Of a DNA stretch of 56,688 nt, positions 25,209-34,045 are shown one piece after another. The stretch comes from a virus (lineage: Duplodnaviria > Caudoviricetes): the IMG/VR virus record IMGVR_UViG_3300021408_000005, positions 1-56,688 of that record. One strand, written 5' to 3'. Position 1 is the stretch's first letter; each line of letters begins with the position of its first letter. The notes below the pieces were generated by a model. That model had not been told where the DNA came from. It did not search any database and saw nothing but the letters and a program-made list of their open reading frames with translations. A program made the position numbers and the translations under genes.

Positions 25209-25427
25209 ATGGCAAGTGGTGGGAGTGATGACTGGCCCAAGGTACCGGACCTTGACGAAGACGTTGAGGACCCGGAGGAGGGTGTTTCCGAGTGGGTCAG
25301 CAAGCCTCCGCCCAGTCTGGCTACGGTCTTGGGTGGAGCGGTGGTGTTGCTGATCATCTGTGTGCCAGTGCTCATCCTGTGGTTGAAGCTTGTCCAAGCA
25401 CTATGGAGTTGGAGTCCGTCTATCTAA
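25209..25427 (+). CDS. Small membrane protein
   Basis: Acidic N-terminus followed by a TM helix. Confidence 0.5.
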   Translation: MASGGSDDWPKVPDLDEDVEDPEEGVSEWVSKPPPSLATVLGGAVVLLIICVPVLILWLKLVQALWSWSPSI

Positions 25428-25436
25428 GGAGAACAC

Positions 25437-26273
25437 GTGCTGAACCGTAAGGTGATGTTGGTCGGAGTAGGGGTCGTTGGAACCCTGGCGACGTCGGAAC
25501 GTGCTAGGCGATACTCGAGTCTCAGTTTGCGCTGGGCTGGCCAGAAGGGCCGTTCGGCTGTTGCGCTTGCTTTGGGGCTCAGCGGGCCTGTGGGCGCAGA
25601 TCTGGCGGCTGATGGCGTGCCGTTGGTGGCGGACCTGCCGCAGGGGTTTGCAAATGCTGTCCAGCGTGGCATCGAGGGGTATGTGCCGAAGGTGTTGGTT
25701 CCGGCTGGTGCGATGGCTGTGGAACAGACCAATCCTGATGGCTGGGAGTCGGCGCTGTTCGCTGTCGAGCGGGGAATGGATGGTACGTGGGAGGACCCGA
25801 AGTTCAAGGCGCCGGCGTTCAAGACCGTTGAGGACATTCATCGGCGAGGACAGTGGGCTGAAGTTCGTGGCCCGGTCTCGCCCGCCATGGGGACCGAGGC
25901 TGTGCCCGTGGTGCCGCTCAGTTCCATCGGTGACATCCCGGACCCGTGGCCAGTTGGATCTGATGTGCCGGTCTTGCCCGTGCTGCGTCGGCCACGACGG
26001 TTCGATCGGACCTTGCGTTTCATGGAGCAGCAGACGAAGTCGGATCGGGCTATGGGTCTGCTGCATCGCAAGTGGGCGGATGACGAGGAAGGTCGGGCGG
26101 CTGTCCACATCGCCAACGATCCCGTAGGACTGCACAATGAGCTGACCCGTAGTGGGCGCATCAGGATGAAGGGACTTCCGTGGCAACAGCGAGAGCGTAC
26201 GACAGGTGGGAAGATCAGGACCGCCTTTGGTCGAGCGTGGAGCTTGATCAATGGGACCCGCAACAGTTCGTAG
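25437..26273 (+). CDS. Hypothetical protein
   Basis: AAGGAGA SD, GTG start. Confidence 0.65.
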   Translation: MLNRKVMLVGVGVVGTLATSERARRYSSLSLRWAGQKGRSAVALALGLSGPVGADLAADGVPLVADLPQGFANAVQRGIEGYVPKVLVPAGAMAVEQTNPDGWESALFAVERGMDGTWEDPKFKAPAFKTVEDIHRRGQWAEVRGPVSPAMGTEAVPVVPLSSIGDIPDPWPVGSDVPVLPVLRRPRRFDRTLRFMEQQTKSDRAMGLLHRKWADDEEGRAAVHIANDPVGLHNELTRSGRIRMKGLPWQQRERTTGGKIRTAFGRAWSLINGTRNSS

Positions 26274-26737
26274 AAGACATCCTCATCTCCCTCTGCGTTA
26301 GGAAGAAGTGGCTCGAGAAGCAGTTGGCCGATGGTATCGGTCATGAGCGGAAGGTCATGGCTTCGTGCGTTACGAGGGTCGAGACCGTCATCGCCAACTT
26401 CGAGAGGGTAGCGGATGTAGAGAGACCTGCGGAAGTGGGAGGAGGGGCCAAGTGGTGGAACGCCGGTGAGATGAAGGCGTGGCTCGAAGGCTGGCACAAG
26501 GATGGCCTGAAGCAGCTCAAGCACTTCGTCTCTATCACCCGGGCTCAGGTCGAGGCTGTGGCCCCCAAGTTGGACGATAACGTACTGCTCACTCCAGAGC
26601 AGTTCCAGGCGTCCAAGACAGCCACCAAGAGGAAGCGTATCTCTTGGGCCAACGCTCTCGCTAACTGCTTCTATATGCAGCAGCACTCAGCCCAGCTCAC
26701 TTTGAACAAGTACTATATCCGGAGCCTCTCCGACTAG
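26180..26737 (+). CDS. Hypothetical protein (start uncertain)
   Basis: ORF with phage codon usage. Confidence 0.6.
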   Translation: MATARAYDRWEDQDRLWSSVELDQWDPQQFVEDILISLCVRKKWLEKQLADGIGHERKVMASCVTRVETVIANFERVADVERPAEVGGGAKWWNAGEMKAWLEGWHKDGLKQLKHFVSITRAQVEAVAPKLDDNVLLTPEQFQASKTATKRKRISWANALANCFYMQQHSAQLTLNKYYIRSLSD

Positions 26738-26741
26738 CGTC

Positions 26742-26926
26742 GCACACGGGTACAGGCATATGACGACCCTTATAAACTCTAACTTACTGAGATTGGTGTG
26801 TAGGTTGTTAAGTAGTATATGGTTTAAGACTAGATGAACTTCGAAGTCAATAACACTACAACGCCAAGTAGGAGTTCAGTCAGCTATAGGGCTCGGGGCA
26901 AAGGGCCAGTGCCTATACGTGCGTGC
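26742..26926. repeat. Second AT-rich imperfect nested inverted repeat
   Basis: gcacacgggtacaggca/tgcctatacgtgcgtgc outer arms with further nested arms; shares ATATGGTT..ATGAAYTTC with 6106-6270. Confidence 0.6.
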
Positions 26927-26964
26927 ACACAGTAATGGAAGGCATATCGACTAGGAGGTTGTTT

Positions 26965-27213
26965 GTGGGAAAGTACCCGTGGGAAGACTGGATGGATGGT
27001 GATGTTCACGAAGTTGTGGACGGAGTCGACTATGACTGCGCAAGGTCCTCATTCTGCACAATGTTGAGACACAAGGCAAATGACGCTTATACCAAGGTGT
27101 CTATCGAGAATAGACTGGGTGGCAACATTCGATTCATGTTTGGGGATGACCCTGATTTCGACCGTGAAGAGAGGTCGTACCGTTGGTACAAAGGGGAGAA
27201 AGTCTATGACTGA
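26965..27213 (+). CDS. Small hypothetical protein (KYPW motif, possibly DNA-binding)
   Basis: AGGAGG SD, GTG start. Confidence 0.65.
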   Translation: MGKYPWEDWMDGDVHEVVDGVDYDCARSSFCTMLRHKANDAYTKVSIENRLGGNIRFMFGDDPDFDREERSYRWYKGEKVYD

Positions 27214-27700
27214 TCGGTGGAATGCAGTGCATTTGAACGAGTGCGGGCGGCAAACTGGTGGCAATTCGGCGTGCTTCTTCACTGCCTGTAGGTGCGTTTG
27301 CCATGAGTCAGATCACACTAGGGAGGAGCTCGGGGCTTACGGAGAGGGCAATGACACGGTTCATGTGACGACTGAACGCATCTCCAAGGGGTCTGATGAG
27401 GTGGCTGCCGCAGTGAGGTTTGTCAAGGAGCTCGGTCGGTACAAGGCGGCTGTTCTGCCCCCTTCTATGCCTCCTGTTCTGCTGGACTTGGTGGTTGCGG
27501 CTGACCAGGAGCGGGAGTTCGGAGTCAACTTCGGCTTCAAGACCTATGGGACTATGGAGCAGGTTCGGGAGACGGCAGAGCGGGTACGTCAGTATCTGTC
27601 GGTTGAGCTGCATCAAGAAGTGGTGGTACTCAACGGACCGTACGACCTGAATCCTGGGGCCGTGAATAGCCTTAGATCTCTTAGGTCTAACGAGAAGTGA
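27206..27700 (+). CDS. Hypothetical protein
   Basis: Coupled ORF with an N-terminal Cys cluster. Confidence 0.6.
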   Translation: MTDRWNAVHLNECGRQTGGNSACFFTACRCVCHESDHTREELGAYGEGNDTVHVTTERISKGSDEVAAAVRFVKELGRYKAAVLPPSMPPVLLDLVVAADQEREFGVNFGFKTYGTMEQVRETAERVRQYLSVELHQEVVVLNGPYDLNPGAVNSLRSLRSNEK

Positions 27701-28197
27701 TCTACTCCGTATGGGCCATTGACCCGGGAGCTCGAACGGGATGGGCTTGGGCTGTGTGTTCTTCTCGTGAGTTACGGCGGGCCGACCCCCTCCAACTCCT
27801 TCCGCAGTTAGCAGCTCAAAGGCGCTTCACGGCGGGTGAGCTCACTAGTCCTGTGGGGTACACAGTGAAGAAGTTGGTGAAGTTGTTTGTGAAGGTTGAT
27901 GCGACAGTTCAGTTGAGATGGCCTGGTTGGCAGTACCGTAAGGTGCTTGTTAAGGAAGGATTCCTTGACGGACCTCGAGCGAAAAGTTCGAACAAGCTAC
28001 TTCCGAGTAGGGTCAATGCGGCACTAGATCAGGCTGTTGGTTCGTGGTTCGATGAGACACATGAACAGATGCCTTCCGCCAAGGCTGTAGTCTCGGATGA
28101 TCGTCTCAAGAGGCACGGGCTGTGGCTTCCTGGGAAGCCTCATGCCATGGATGGGGTTCGTCATCTGACGGTTCGCTTGCGTATGCTCTCGCAGTGA
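27697..28197 (+). CDS. RuvC-like Holliday junction resolvase
   Basis: AIDPGARTGWA, VKE, HAMDGVRH. Confidence 0.8.
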   Translation: MIYSVWAIDPGARTGWAWAVCSSRELRRADPLQLLPQLAAQRRFTAGELTSPVGYTVKKLVKLFVKVDATVQLRWPGWQYRKVLVKEGFLDGPRAKSSNKLLPSRVNAALDQAVGSWFDETHEQMPSAKAVVSDDRLKRHGLWLPGKPHAMDGVRHLTVRLRMLSQ

Positions 28198-28205
28198 GGT
28201 AGGGT
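28177..28205 (+). promoter_or_regulatory. Leaderless promoter
   Basis: TTGCGT-N17-TAGGGT-N6-ATG(28212). Confidence 0.65.
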
Positions 28206-28211
28206 GTTCAC

Positions 28212-28415
28212 ATGGCCCATCTCCACCCGCATGATTCAGAAGAGCGTGACTTCTCCCGAGGCCCCGGCCTGTGGGACGGCGGCGAGGGCGTGTGTTGCGC
28301 AGCCTTCCAGCTCGGGGCCTGCTCGCACACAGAGGTTGACGACATGGACGACGAGCCCATTGACTGGAACGATCCGGAGTTTGATCATCTCCGCTTGGAC
28401 GACGAGCTCTTCTAA
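28212..28415 (+). CDS. Small acidic protein
   Basis: ORF starting at the leaderless ATG. Confidence 0.6.
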   Translation: MAHLHPHDSEERDFSRGPGLWDGGEGVCCAAFQLGACSHTEVDDMDDEPIDWNDPEFDHLRLDDELF

Positions 28416-28453
28416 CCTCGCTCCCGTCTCTCACGTCAAGCCGGCGTAAGTCC

Positions 28454-28486
28454 AAGCCCCTGGCTATCTCTCCTGGTCAGGGGCTT
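28454..28486 (+). terminator. Putative terminator hairpin
   Basis: aagcccctggcta / tggtcaggggctt. Confidence 0.55.
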
Positions 28487-28500
28487 CGTCATGTCCGCCA

Positions 28501-28529
28501 TTGCGTTCCTCGGTAGCCACCGGTAGGCT
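28501..28529 (+). promoter_or_regulatory. Promoter upstream of the packaging/structural genes
   Basis: TTGCGT-N17-TAGGCT. Confidence 0.6.
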
Positions 28530-28697
28530 GCCGCACGACCCCGGAGGGTGGGCGAACACATCCACTCTGCGGCGGCTGTGAAGCTGACCTTCCGGGGTCC
28601 CTCGTACGTAGGAGCGCTCGTGCCCGATCCTTATCCCCCGTCAGAATTCGGTGGCAAGTCTGGACCCAACGGGTTCCAGCCTGTACCGCCCGCCGTG

Positions 28698-28874
28698 ATG
28701 TCTGCAAACGACAAGTTGAGGGCGCTGTACACGACCGGTAGTGAGACGGGCACGGAGCCTCTGGACGGCGGGGTTGCCTTCACCGGACTGTTGCCCGAGG
28801 CCGAGCAGCGGGCCATCCGTGAGGCCGAAGGTGTGTTCGAGAAGGGGCAGTACGACCCCTTCAAAGAGGTCTAG
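28698..28874 (+). CDS. Small hypothetical protein
   Basis: Coding-like 3' part of an ORF abutting the next gene; start uncertain. Confidence 0.45.
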   Translation: MSANDKLRALYTTGSETGTEPLDGGVAFTGLLPEAEQRAIREAEGVFEKGQYDPFKEV

Positions 28875-29426
28875 ATGGGCAACAGTAGAGGCAGCACCTT
28901 GAACCCGGCACGTCCTCGGGCAAGGGCCGGCAGCATGCCCAAGTTGAGGAAGGGCAAGGATGGTAGGCCCCGGGCCACCATCACTCTTGGTGTCCATCAG
29001 ACGGCCCTTCTGCTAGGTGAGGAAGACCTGTCCACCTGGGACATGGAAGAGCTGCGTCAGGGCCGACGCAGGGACAGCAAGGGCAACTTCAGTGGGCGTC
29101 CTCCCAAGGTCATAGCCAGGCCGGTCTATCTCGAGCTGGTCCGTAGGATCCTCGATGAAGCGAACCTGGCCATCCTCGACCTGGTCATGCCGGCTATCGT
29201 CCAGCTGGGCGCCATCATTGAGGGCGGGGCCATTGACAAGGAAGACTCAATCCGGCTCAAGGCCATTCAGGAAGTCCTCAACCGTGTGCTGGGTCGGCCT
29301 GAGCAGAAGGTCGCAGTGAGCTCGGAGCAGCGTCCTTACCAGAAGGTCGAACGGTCCATCGTTGATCGTGACCTCGGTGAATACGAAGACGAGAAGATCA
29401 TTGAAGTCGAGTCCTCGGAGGCCTGA
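28875..29426 (+). CDS. Putative terminase small subunit
   Basis: 'DSKGNFSGRPP' and 'RLKAIQEVLNRVLGRPEQKV' helical pattern; first large gene of the structural block. Confidence 0.6.
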   Translation: MGNSRGSTLNPARPRARAGSMPKLRKGKDGRPRATITLGVHQTALLLGEEDLSTWDMEELRQGRRRDSKGNFSGRPPKVIARPVYLELVRRILDEANLAILDLVMPAIVQLGAIIEGGAIDKEDSIRLKAIQEVLNRVLGRPEQKVAVSSEQRPYQKVERSIVDRDLGEYEDEKIIEVESSEA

Positions 29427-29600
29427 TGCTGACTGGCTCTGACCACTTCATCCACTACGTCTTGCCCGGTGATACCAACGACTGGGACGTGATGGACACC
29501 CGGACCAAGACCATCGTGGCCACGTTCGCAACCCAGGCGTTGGCAGCAGCCGATGCGATAGCTCGTAACCGTGTAGCAGCAGGTCTGTAGGAGGACCCAG

Positions 29601-29945
29601 ATGGCCGATCTTGTAGTCACGGACCCTAACAACGTGAACCTTGGTGTCGTGCCGACATCCAACGTTCTGACGGCAGGAGACAGGTTTGCTGCTGAGCATG
29701 GCGCTCGGTACCTCCTGCGCATCAACAACGGCAACGCAGCGCCATCGTTGGTGGTAGTGGATGATCCAGTCTCACAGGCTCCGGCGGGCTCCGGCACGTT
29801 CGTTCCAGACGTGGACATGACTGTTGTGAACGCAACGGTTCGCACCATGATCCTGGACGCCAACCGCTTCCGTGATGCCAACGGCTGGATCAACTTCACA
29901 GCTGTCCCGTTCGCCACCGTGTCGGCGGAGATCTACAAGCTGTGA
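29601..29945 (+). CDS. Beta-rich putative virion protein
   Basis: GGAGGA SD; composition. Confidence 0.65.
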   Translation: MADLVVTDPNNVNLGVVPTSNVLTAGDRFAAEHGARYLLRINNGNAAPSLVVVDDPVSQAPAGSGTFVPDVDMTVVNATVRTMILDANRFRDANGWINFTAVPFATVSAEIYKL

Positions 29946-30253
29946 CTACTGCTTGGAACCACCAAACGCAAATAGCGGATGAGCAGGGCTTAGTGGCCGG
30001 GTTCACGCCAACAGCCTTTGGCAATTCCATGATCCACTTCGGTGGATGGGCCGAGGCTATTCCCAATGGTGACCCGAATGGCATCGGTACCAGCGAGACC
30101 GAAGTTCCGGGTCAGACCGTCTATTCCGTTCTGCTCCCTAGTGCCGGCACTTCAACGGAGCATGATTCAGGGACAGATACCGACTATGGGAGAACCTACT
30201 TCTTGGCAACGCCGGGTAGTCAGGTTCGTATTCATACCTTTGTCGTTTACTGA
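29942..30253 (+). CDS. Hypothetical protein
   Basis: GTGA-coupled ORF. Confidence 0.55.
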   Translation: MTTAWNHQTQIADEQGLVAGFTPTAFGNSMIHFGGWAEAIPNGDPNGIGTSETEVPGQTVYSVLLPSAGTSTEHDSGTDTDYGRTYFLATPGSQVRIHTFVVY

Positions 30254-30317
30254 TCCTGACGACGAACCAGTCGGAGACCGAGAGACAGTTACATTCGGAT
30301 TCTGTAAGGAGATCTAG

Positions 30318-30788
30318 ATGGCCAACGTCATGCCCAACATCGCCAAGGGTCGAGCCGTCGAGCTCTACATGCGGGTGGACCTGAACGATCCCGGCACTGC
30401 ACGGTTCGTGTGGGTCATGTTCAGCGGGGTCGAGACCGATGCTGTGCTGGCCGACGTCGACACGCTGACGGCTGCGATCGCCACGACCCTCAACGAGATC
30501 GCCAACACGGGCTACGCCAGGGTGATCCAGACCGACGCCGACACGGCCACGGCCTCCCCGGACGACACGAACAACCGCTTCGACCTGGACCTGCCCGACC
30601 CCAACTTCGGCCCGATCCAGACCGGCGCCGTGACAGCGTCCACGAGGGTGGGTCTGTTCTACGACCCCAACGCAGGTGGCGGAGACGGTGCGATGGTGCC
30701 GGTCGGCTTCTGGGACTACGCCACGACGTTCGACACGTCCAACGTGATCCCAACCATCGACGCTGCCGGGTTCTTCAGGGCGTCGTAG
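30318..30788 (+). CDS. Putative virion structural protein
   Basis: AAGGAG SD, strong codon bias, 'NIAKGR' and 'TGYAR' motifs. Confidence 0.7.
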   Translation: MANVMPNIAKGRAVELYMRVDLNDPGTARFVWVMFSGVETDAVLADVDTLTAAIATTLNEIANTGYARVIQTDADTATASPDDTNNRFDLDLPDPNFGPIQTGAVTASTRVGLFYDPNAGGGDGAMVPVGFWDYATTFDTSNVIPTIDAAGFFRAS

Positions 30789-30794
30789 TCTCAG

Positions 30795-32051
30795 GTGGCC
30801 GCTATCGTTCAGGCCTCTGTTGAGACAGTCCTCAACACCCCGGCCACGAACCACAACCTCAACACGCCAGCTACGTTGGATGGTGAGCGCCTACTAGCAC
30901 AAGCCGTCACGGGCAAGAACAACTTGTCTCCGGGTACGACCTGGCCAGCTGGATGGATCGAGCTCGTTGATCTGGTGGCGAACATCGCTGTTGAGGGCAC
31001 GGGCGTCACGCAATCTTGGGCGTACCGTGACTTCCCTGTAGGCGCTGCTGCCGGCACTGTCAACGCACAGACGGTGAACAACTGCACGTGCGTAGGTGTC
31101 GTGCTGAGGATAAGCGGCCATGATCCCGCCACGCCACCGGAAGCCTCTATCATATCTGGCCCTGACTCGCCGAACCTTATTACGAGCTGGGGTGCCGAGT
31201 CGACGCTGTTCGGGGCGGGGTACAGCAGCAACGAAGATCCCTTCCCCGGGCCGGTCTATCCGCTGCCGGACAACCAGCATCAGGTTGATGGCAGCCAGCT
31301 GAGGGCGTTCAGCTGTACCCAGGTGGTCAGCGGTGCCAGCTTGGATCCCGCTGCGTGGCAGGGTGGCGGAGCGGAGTTCTCGGGTCGTGTGTCGGTTACA
31401 TGGGCCGTTCGTGGGGCAGCTGCCGGCGTGGACCTTGAGCAGCTGACAGAAGCTGACGCTGTCCAGGCAGTCACGACACGGAAGTCCAAGGTCGCTGCGC
31501 AGCTGTCGGAGCTGGACACGATCACGGCGCTTACGGTCTTCAAGACTCAGCTGGTGGCGCAGTTAGCCGAGGCAGACGAGGTGTTGGCCTTCGCTGGTGG
31601 CGTGAAGACAATGCCGCTAGGAGCTGCGCTTCAAGAACTTGACGCACTAGGCGGGCTGGGAGAGGCTTCCCCTGTCCTCCTGCAGGGGTTGGAGCTCGAC
31701 GAGATACTGCCTCTAGTGGGCGGGGTGAAGTCCAAGCCGCTAGCGCAGCTGACGACTCTCGATGCACTTCAGGCGCTGACTGCCGTCAAGCGCCAAGCAG
31801 TGGCGATGCTGTTCGAGTCGGACACACTGGGCGACATCGGGGTTCAGCAGATCCTCGGTATCCTCATAGAGACCGATGTGCTTCTGCCGTTGCTGGGTGG
31901 CGCCCCTCTCCCGGATGACGCTCATGCAACCTCCGTCAGCGGACTATCGCCAGGCACGGTCATCGGGGCTCCGGGCCTGCGCATGGTGGCATCTGCTTCC
32001 AGCCTGACCGGGTTGCGGACGACAGATACAACTTCGGGATTGGAGCTCTGA
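30795..32051 (+). CDS. Putative fibre protein with ~20-aa repeats
   Basis: Beta-rich N-domain followed by repeated QLxExD..AL...K units. Confidence 0.65.
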   Translation: MAAIVQASVETVLNTPATNHNLNTPATLDGERLLAQAVTGKNNLSPGTTWPAGWIELVDLVANIAVEGTGVTQSWAYRDFPVGAAAGTVNAQTVNNCTCVGVVLRISGHDPATPPEASIISGPDSPNLITSWGAESTLFGAGYSSNEDPFPGPVYPLPDNQHQVDGSQLRAFSCTQVVSGASLDPAAWQGGGAEFSGRVSVTWAVRGAAAGVDLEQLTEADAVQAVTTRKSKVAAQLSELDTITALTVFKTQLVAQLAEADEVLAFAGGVKTMPLGAALQELDALGGLGEASPVLLQGLELDEILPLVGGVKSKPLAQLTTLDALQALTAVKRQAVAMLFESDTLGDIGVQQILGILIETDVLLPLLGGAPLPDDAHATSVSGLSPGTVIGAPGLRMVASASSLTGLRTTDTTSGLEL

Positions 32052-32374
32052 TGCTTACCATATTCGCCGAGTCGGAAGACTCATATCGCCAGTTGGTGCA
32101 GACCAACTTCGACACGACGCCATACGCCATCGAGTACGCCTTCGTGAGGAAGGACGGCTCTCAGGTGCTGGGCTGGCTGGCCGGCATCTGGGAGGGCATC
32201 AGCGACCATACCGAGCTCTCCGTGTGGCAGCGCTACAGCCTTACGCCCAAGATCGGCCCGGACGTGGGGGATACGGCGCTGGCCGTGGGCGACTGGAACT
32301 GCTACGGCCGTATCAACGAGAGGGTGTTCTTCGTTGATGAAATCGAGGTCAAGTCCGCTGGGGTGCCGGCATGA
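32051..32374 (+). CDS. Hypothetical (Ig/BppU-like) protein
   Basis: TGATG-coupled; beta-rich. Confidence 0.55.
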   Translation: MLTIFAESEDSYRQLVQTNFDTTPYAIEYAFVRKDGSQVLGWLAGIWEGISDHTELSVWQRYSLTPKIGPDVGDTALAVGDWNCYGRINERVFFVDEIEVKSAGVPA

Positions 32375-34044
32375 GCACGACCACCTACTTCGAGCCTCAA
32401 GCTGGCATGGCGCTTCGTGATGTCCGGCGTGCCGAGATCTTCCTCGTGGGAACTGACGGGGCCAAGGTGGTGGGCGAACACATCCCTACCGGCGCAACCA
32501 TCCAAGGTAGTCGGTGGAGGGACATCTTCAGCGACGCTCCAGAATGGCGGATGGACCTTGAGCCGAACACGGAGATCAGTCCGGCTGGTACCAAGTGGGC
32601 TCGTGATCTGACGGGGTCGGGTGTCAGCGCAGCGGACCCGCCCATCTACTTCGACGTCATTGCGTCAGCCACGGCTCAGAACGTGAACGCCCACCTGACG
32701 CCGGCCCCCACTGACGTACCGGACTCGCTGCTGAGCGCACACATCGTGCGGACGCATAAGAAGTTCGTCAAGGTGCCGGATGGCTGGGGTGAGAACTGGT
32801 TCCAAGAACGGGCCTTGGCTGGGTCCAAGATCGTGGGCGTGGACTTCTGGGGAGACAGCATCGGGGCTCAGGGACTGGGGACTACGGACCTGCGCCTGAA
32901 CAGCGTCCCGGGGCGCACAGAGGCCGCTCTGCAGGCTGCGTTCGGGGACGGTGGCTCCGGGTACCTGACTTACGAGCACAGCGACGCAGGGACCCGTACG
33001 GGCACCTATGTGGCTGAGGTGGGGTTCGGTGGTGGGGCGAACCGTACATCCGGCGCAGCGTCCATGCGCTGGCTGTTGGTGCGAGGCACGACCATCCGTC
33101 TGTTCTTCAAGAACGCTGGGGTGACGGGTGTCCAACGCTGGCGCATCGACGGAGGTGGATGGCGCAGCGTCACGACCCCGCATGTCTTCGGCATCGACCC
33201 GGCCAGCGATGACGTCACGGGTCTCAGCGACACGGCGCATCTCGTGGAGTGGGAGTGGGTGTCGGGCACGGTAGCCGTGTGCGGCATCTACGCTGAGCGG
33301 GCGACCGGTATCAACGTCAGGCGCTTCGGCGTCAATGGCCGTGCCGCTTGCCAGTACTCTCTCGGGGTCATCGAGAAGCGCAGGATCGGCACGACGAATG
33401 CCAGCCCGACTGTCACGTCGAACCCTGGGTTCTTCCGAGCTGACATGGTGGGCAAGTACATCAGCTGCAACAACCTGCCGGCGTCGTGCCTGATCACTGC
33501 TGTGGGCAGCTCCACGTCCCTCACGGTCAATCAGAACGCCAATGCGACCAGCACGGTTGATGCGGACTTCTGCCAGTACGACACGTTCGGCTCCGTGGTG
33601 CCGATGCGTACCACCAACTTCTTTCCCTTCCTGAACGTTGCAGGCATGGGCATGCCAGCGCTGATCGTGATGTGCATCGGCGCCAACGACGCCATCCATG
33701 CATCTTCCAACCCGGAGTTCATGGAGCACGGGCTGAGCTCGATCCTGAAGCCCTACTACAACGGATCGACCTTCGCAGCGCAACCGTCTGTTGCATTCAT
33801 CGTCGAGCACCAGGGCAACTGGTTCGATGTCACGGGCATCTGGCCCATCATGGCCAGCAACCTGGCTCGCACTGCGGAGGGAATGGGGGCCGTGTTGGTG
33901 GACGCTTGGGGCATCGGCCGTCGCAGTCATGAATGGGCCAGTCTCCAAGGCTGGTTCGCTGACGACATCCATCCGAACGATCTGGGTGTTCAGCAGATGT
34001 ACAGCACGCCGCTGTTGTCTGCGTTGATGCTGGACGCTGCCTGA
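32371..34044 (+). CDS. SGNH/GDSL hydrolase-domain protein, probably virion-associated
   Basis: WGDS, G, GANDA, DDIHP blocks. Confidence 0.8.
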   Translation: MSTTTYFEPQAGMALRDVRRAEIFLVGTDGAKVVGEHIPTGATIQGSRWRDIFSDAPEWRMDLEPNTEISPAGTKWARDLTGSGVSAADPPIYFDVIASATAQNVNAHLTPAPTDVPDSLLSAHIVRTHKKFVKVPDGWGENWFQERALAGSKIVGVDFWGDSIGAQGLGTTDLRLNSVPGRTEAALQAAFGDGGSGYLTYEHSDAGTRTGTYVAEVGFGGGANRTSGAASMRWLLVRGTTIRLFFKNAGVTGVQRWRIDGGGWRSVTTPHVFGIDPASDDVTGLSDTAHLVEWEWVSGTVAVCGIYAERATGINVRRFGVNGRAACQYSLGVIEKRRIGTTNASPTVTSNPGFFRADMVGKYISCNNLPASCLITAVGSSTSLTVNQNANATSTVDADFCQYDTFGSVVPMRTTNFFPFLNVAGMGMPALIVMCIGANDAIHASSNPEFMEHGLSSILKPYYNGSTFAAQPSVAFIVEHQGNWFDVTGIWPIMASNLARTAEGMGAVLVDAWGIGRRSHEWASLQGWFADDIHPNDLGVQQMYSTPLLSALMLDAA

Positions 34045-34045
34045 T

